Assembly (NCBI GenBank): GCA_002269645.1 | Contig: NIVC01000366.1 | Coordinates: 186,001-250,000 of the forward strand | Source: Macrostomum lignano | Taxonomy: Eukaryota | Direction: 5' to 3' | DNA length: 64,000 nt | In this document: positions 63,707 to 64,000 of the stretch, piece after piece | Numbering within the stretch: the first letter of the stretch is position 1 | Layout of the letters: each line of letters opens with the position of its first letter | The notes under the pieces: model-generated | The model's database searches: none | The model's input: the letters and a program-made list of their open reading frames with translations, nothing else | Told to the model about the DNA's origin: nothing | Position numbers and translations under genes: made by a program

Positions 63707-64000
63707 TTTTAAACTTTGTCCAACTTGGAACATTATGAGCATTATTCCAACTTATAATGTAAATGATTATTAAATACAATTGCAAGAGTCTAAATATCAT
63801 TCTGACTCTTATTTTGACTGATTATTTAATGCACTGCAATTATCATTATAGTCAAAATATTATTCCAACTTTTAATCTGATTCTGACCCATAATTTCAAT
63901 TAAATTTATTTTATTTTAAAATTTAAGGCAAAAATTATTATTTTAAAGTTTGCTTCATTCTGTGCATATTTTGACAAAGTAAATGTAAAAAAATTGTGCA
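63707..64000 (+). repeat. AT-rich dispersed repeat, copy 2 (runs off the window end)
   Basis: Homologous to 13229-13600. Confidence 0.8.

Overview
This window is repeat-rich animal genomic DNA, with GC-rich exons in AT-rich introns full of minisatellites. The style suggests a macrostomid flatworm such as Macrostomum, but that is inference only. Conserved genes I could splice together by hand are the 3' part of CEP70 (+), a polyQ two-zinc-finger gene (-), TXNDC15 (-) and a DCN1/DCUN1D-like gene (-). The central 18-54 kb is a lineage-specific accessory region and holds the most interesting candidate system. It contains a tandem trio of small type-I membrane proteins with one TNF-receptor-like cysteine-rich domain and no death domain (one copy lacks a locatable first exon). 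These are followed by three paralogous IAP genes (BIR-BIR-UBA-RING) with atypical C-x2-C-x18-H-x6-C BIRs. The IAP cores are nearly identical but their N-termini are strongly diverged, and one copy is truncated and fused to a nested Gypsy-in-Gypsy insertion. Mobile elements include an apparently intact mariner, a decayed irritans-type mariner, a full-length Gypsy with LTRs and target-site duplication (TSD), a Tc1/IS630 deletion derivative, LINE relics and two copies of a tRNA-derived SINE. All family calls come from motif recognition without database searches.
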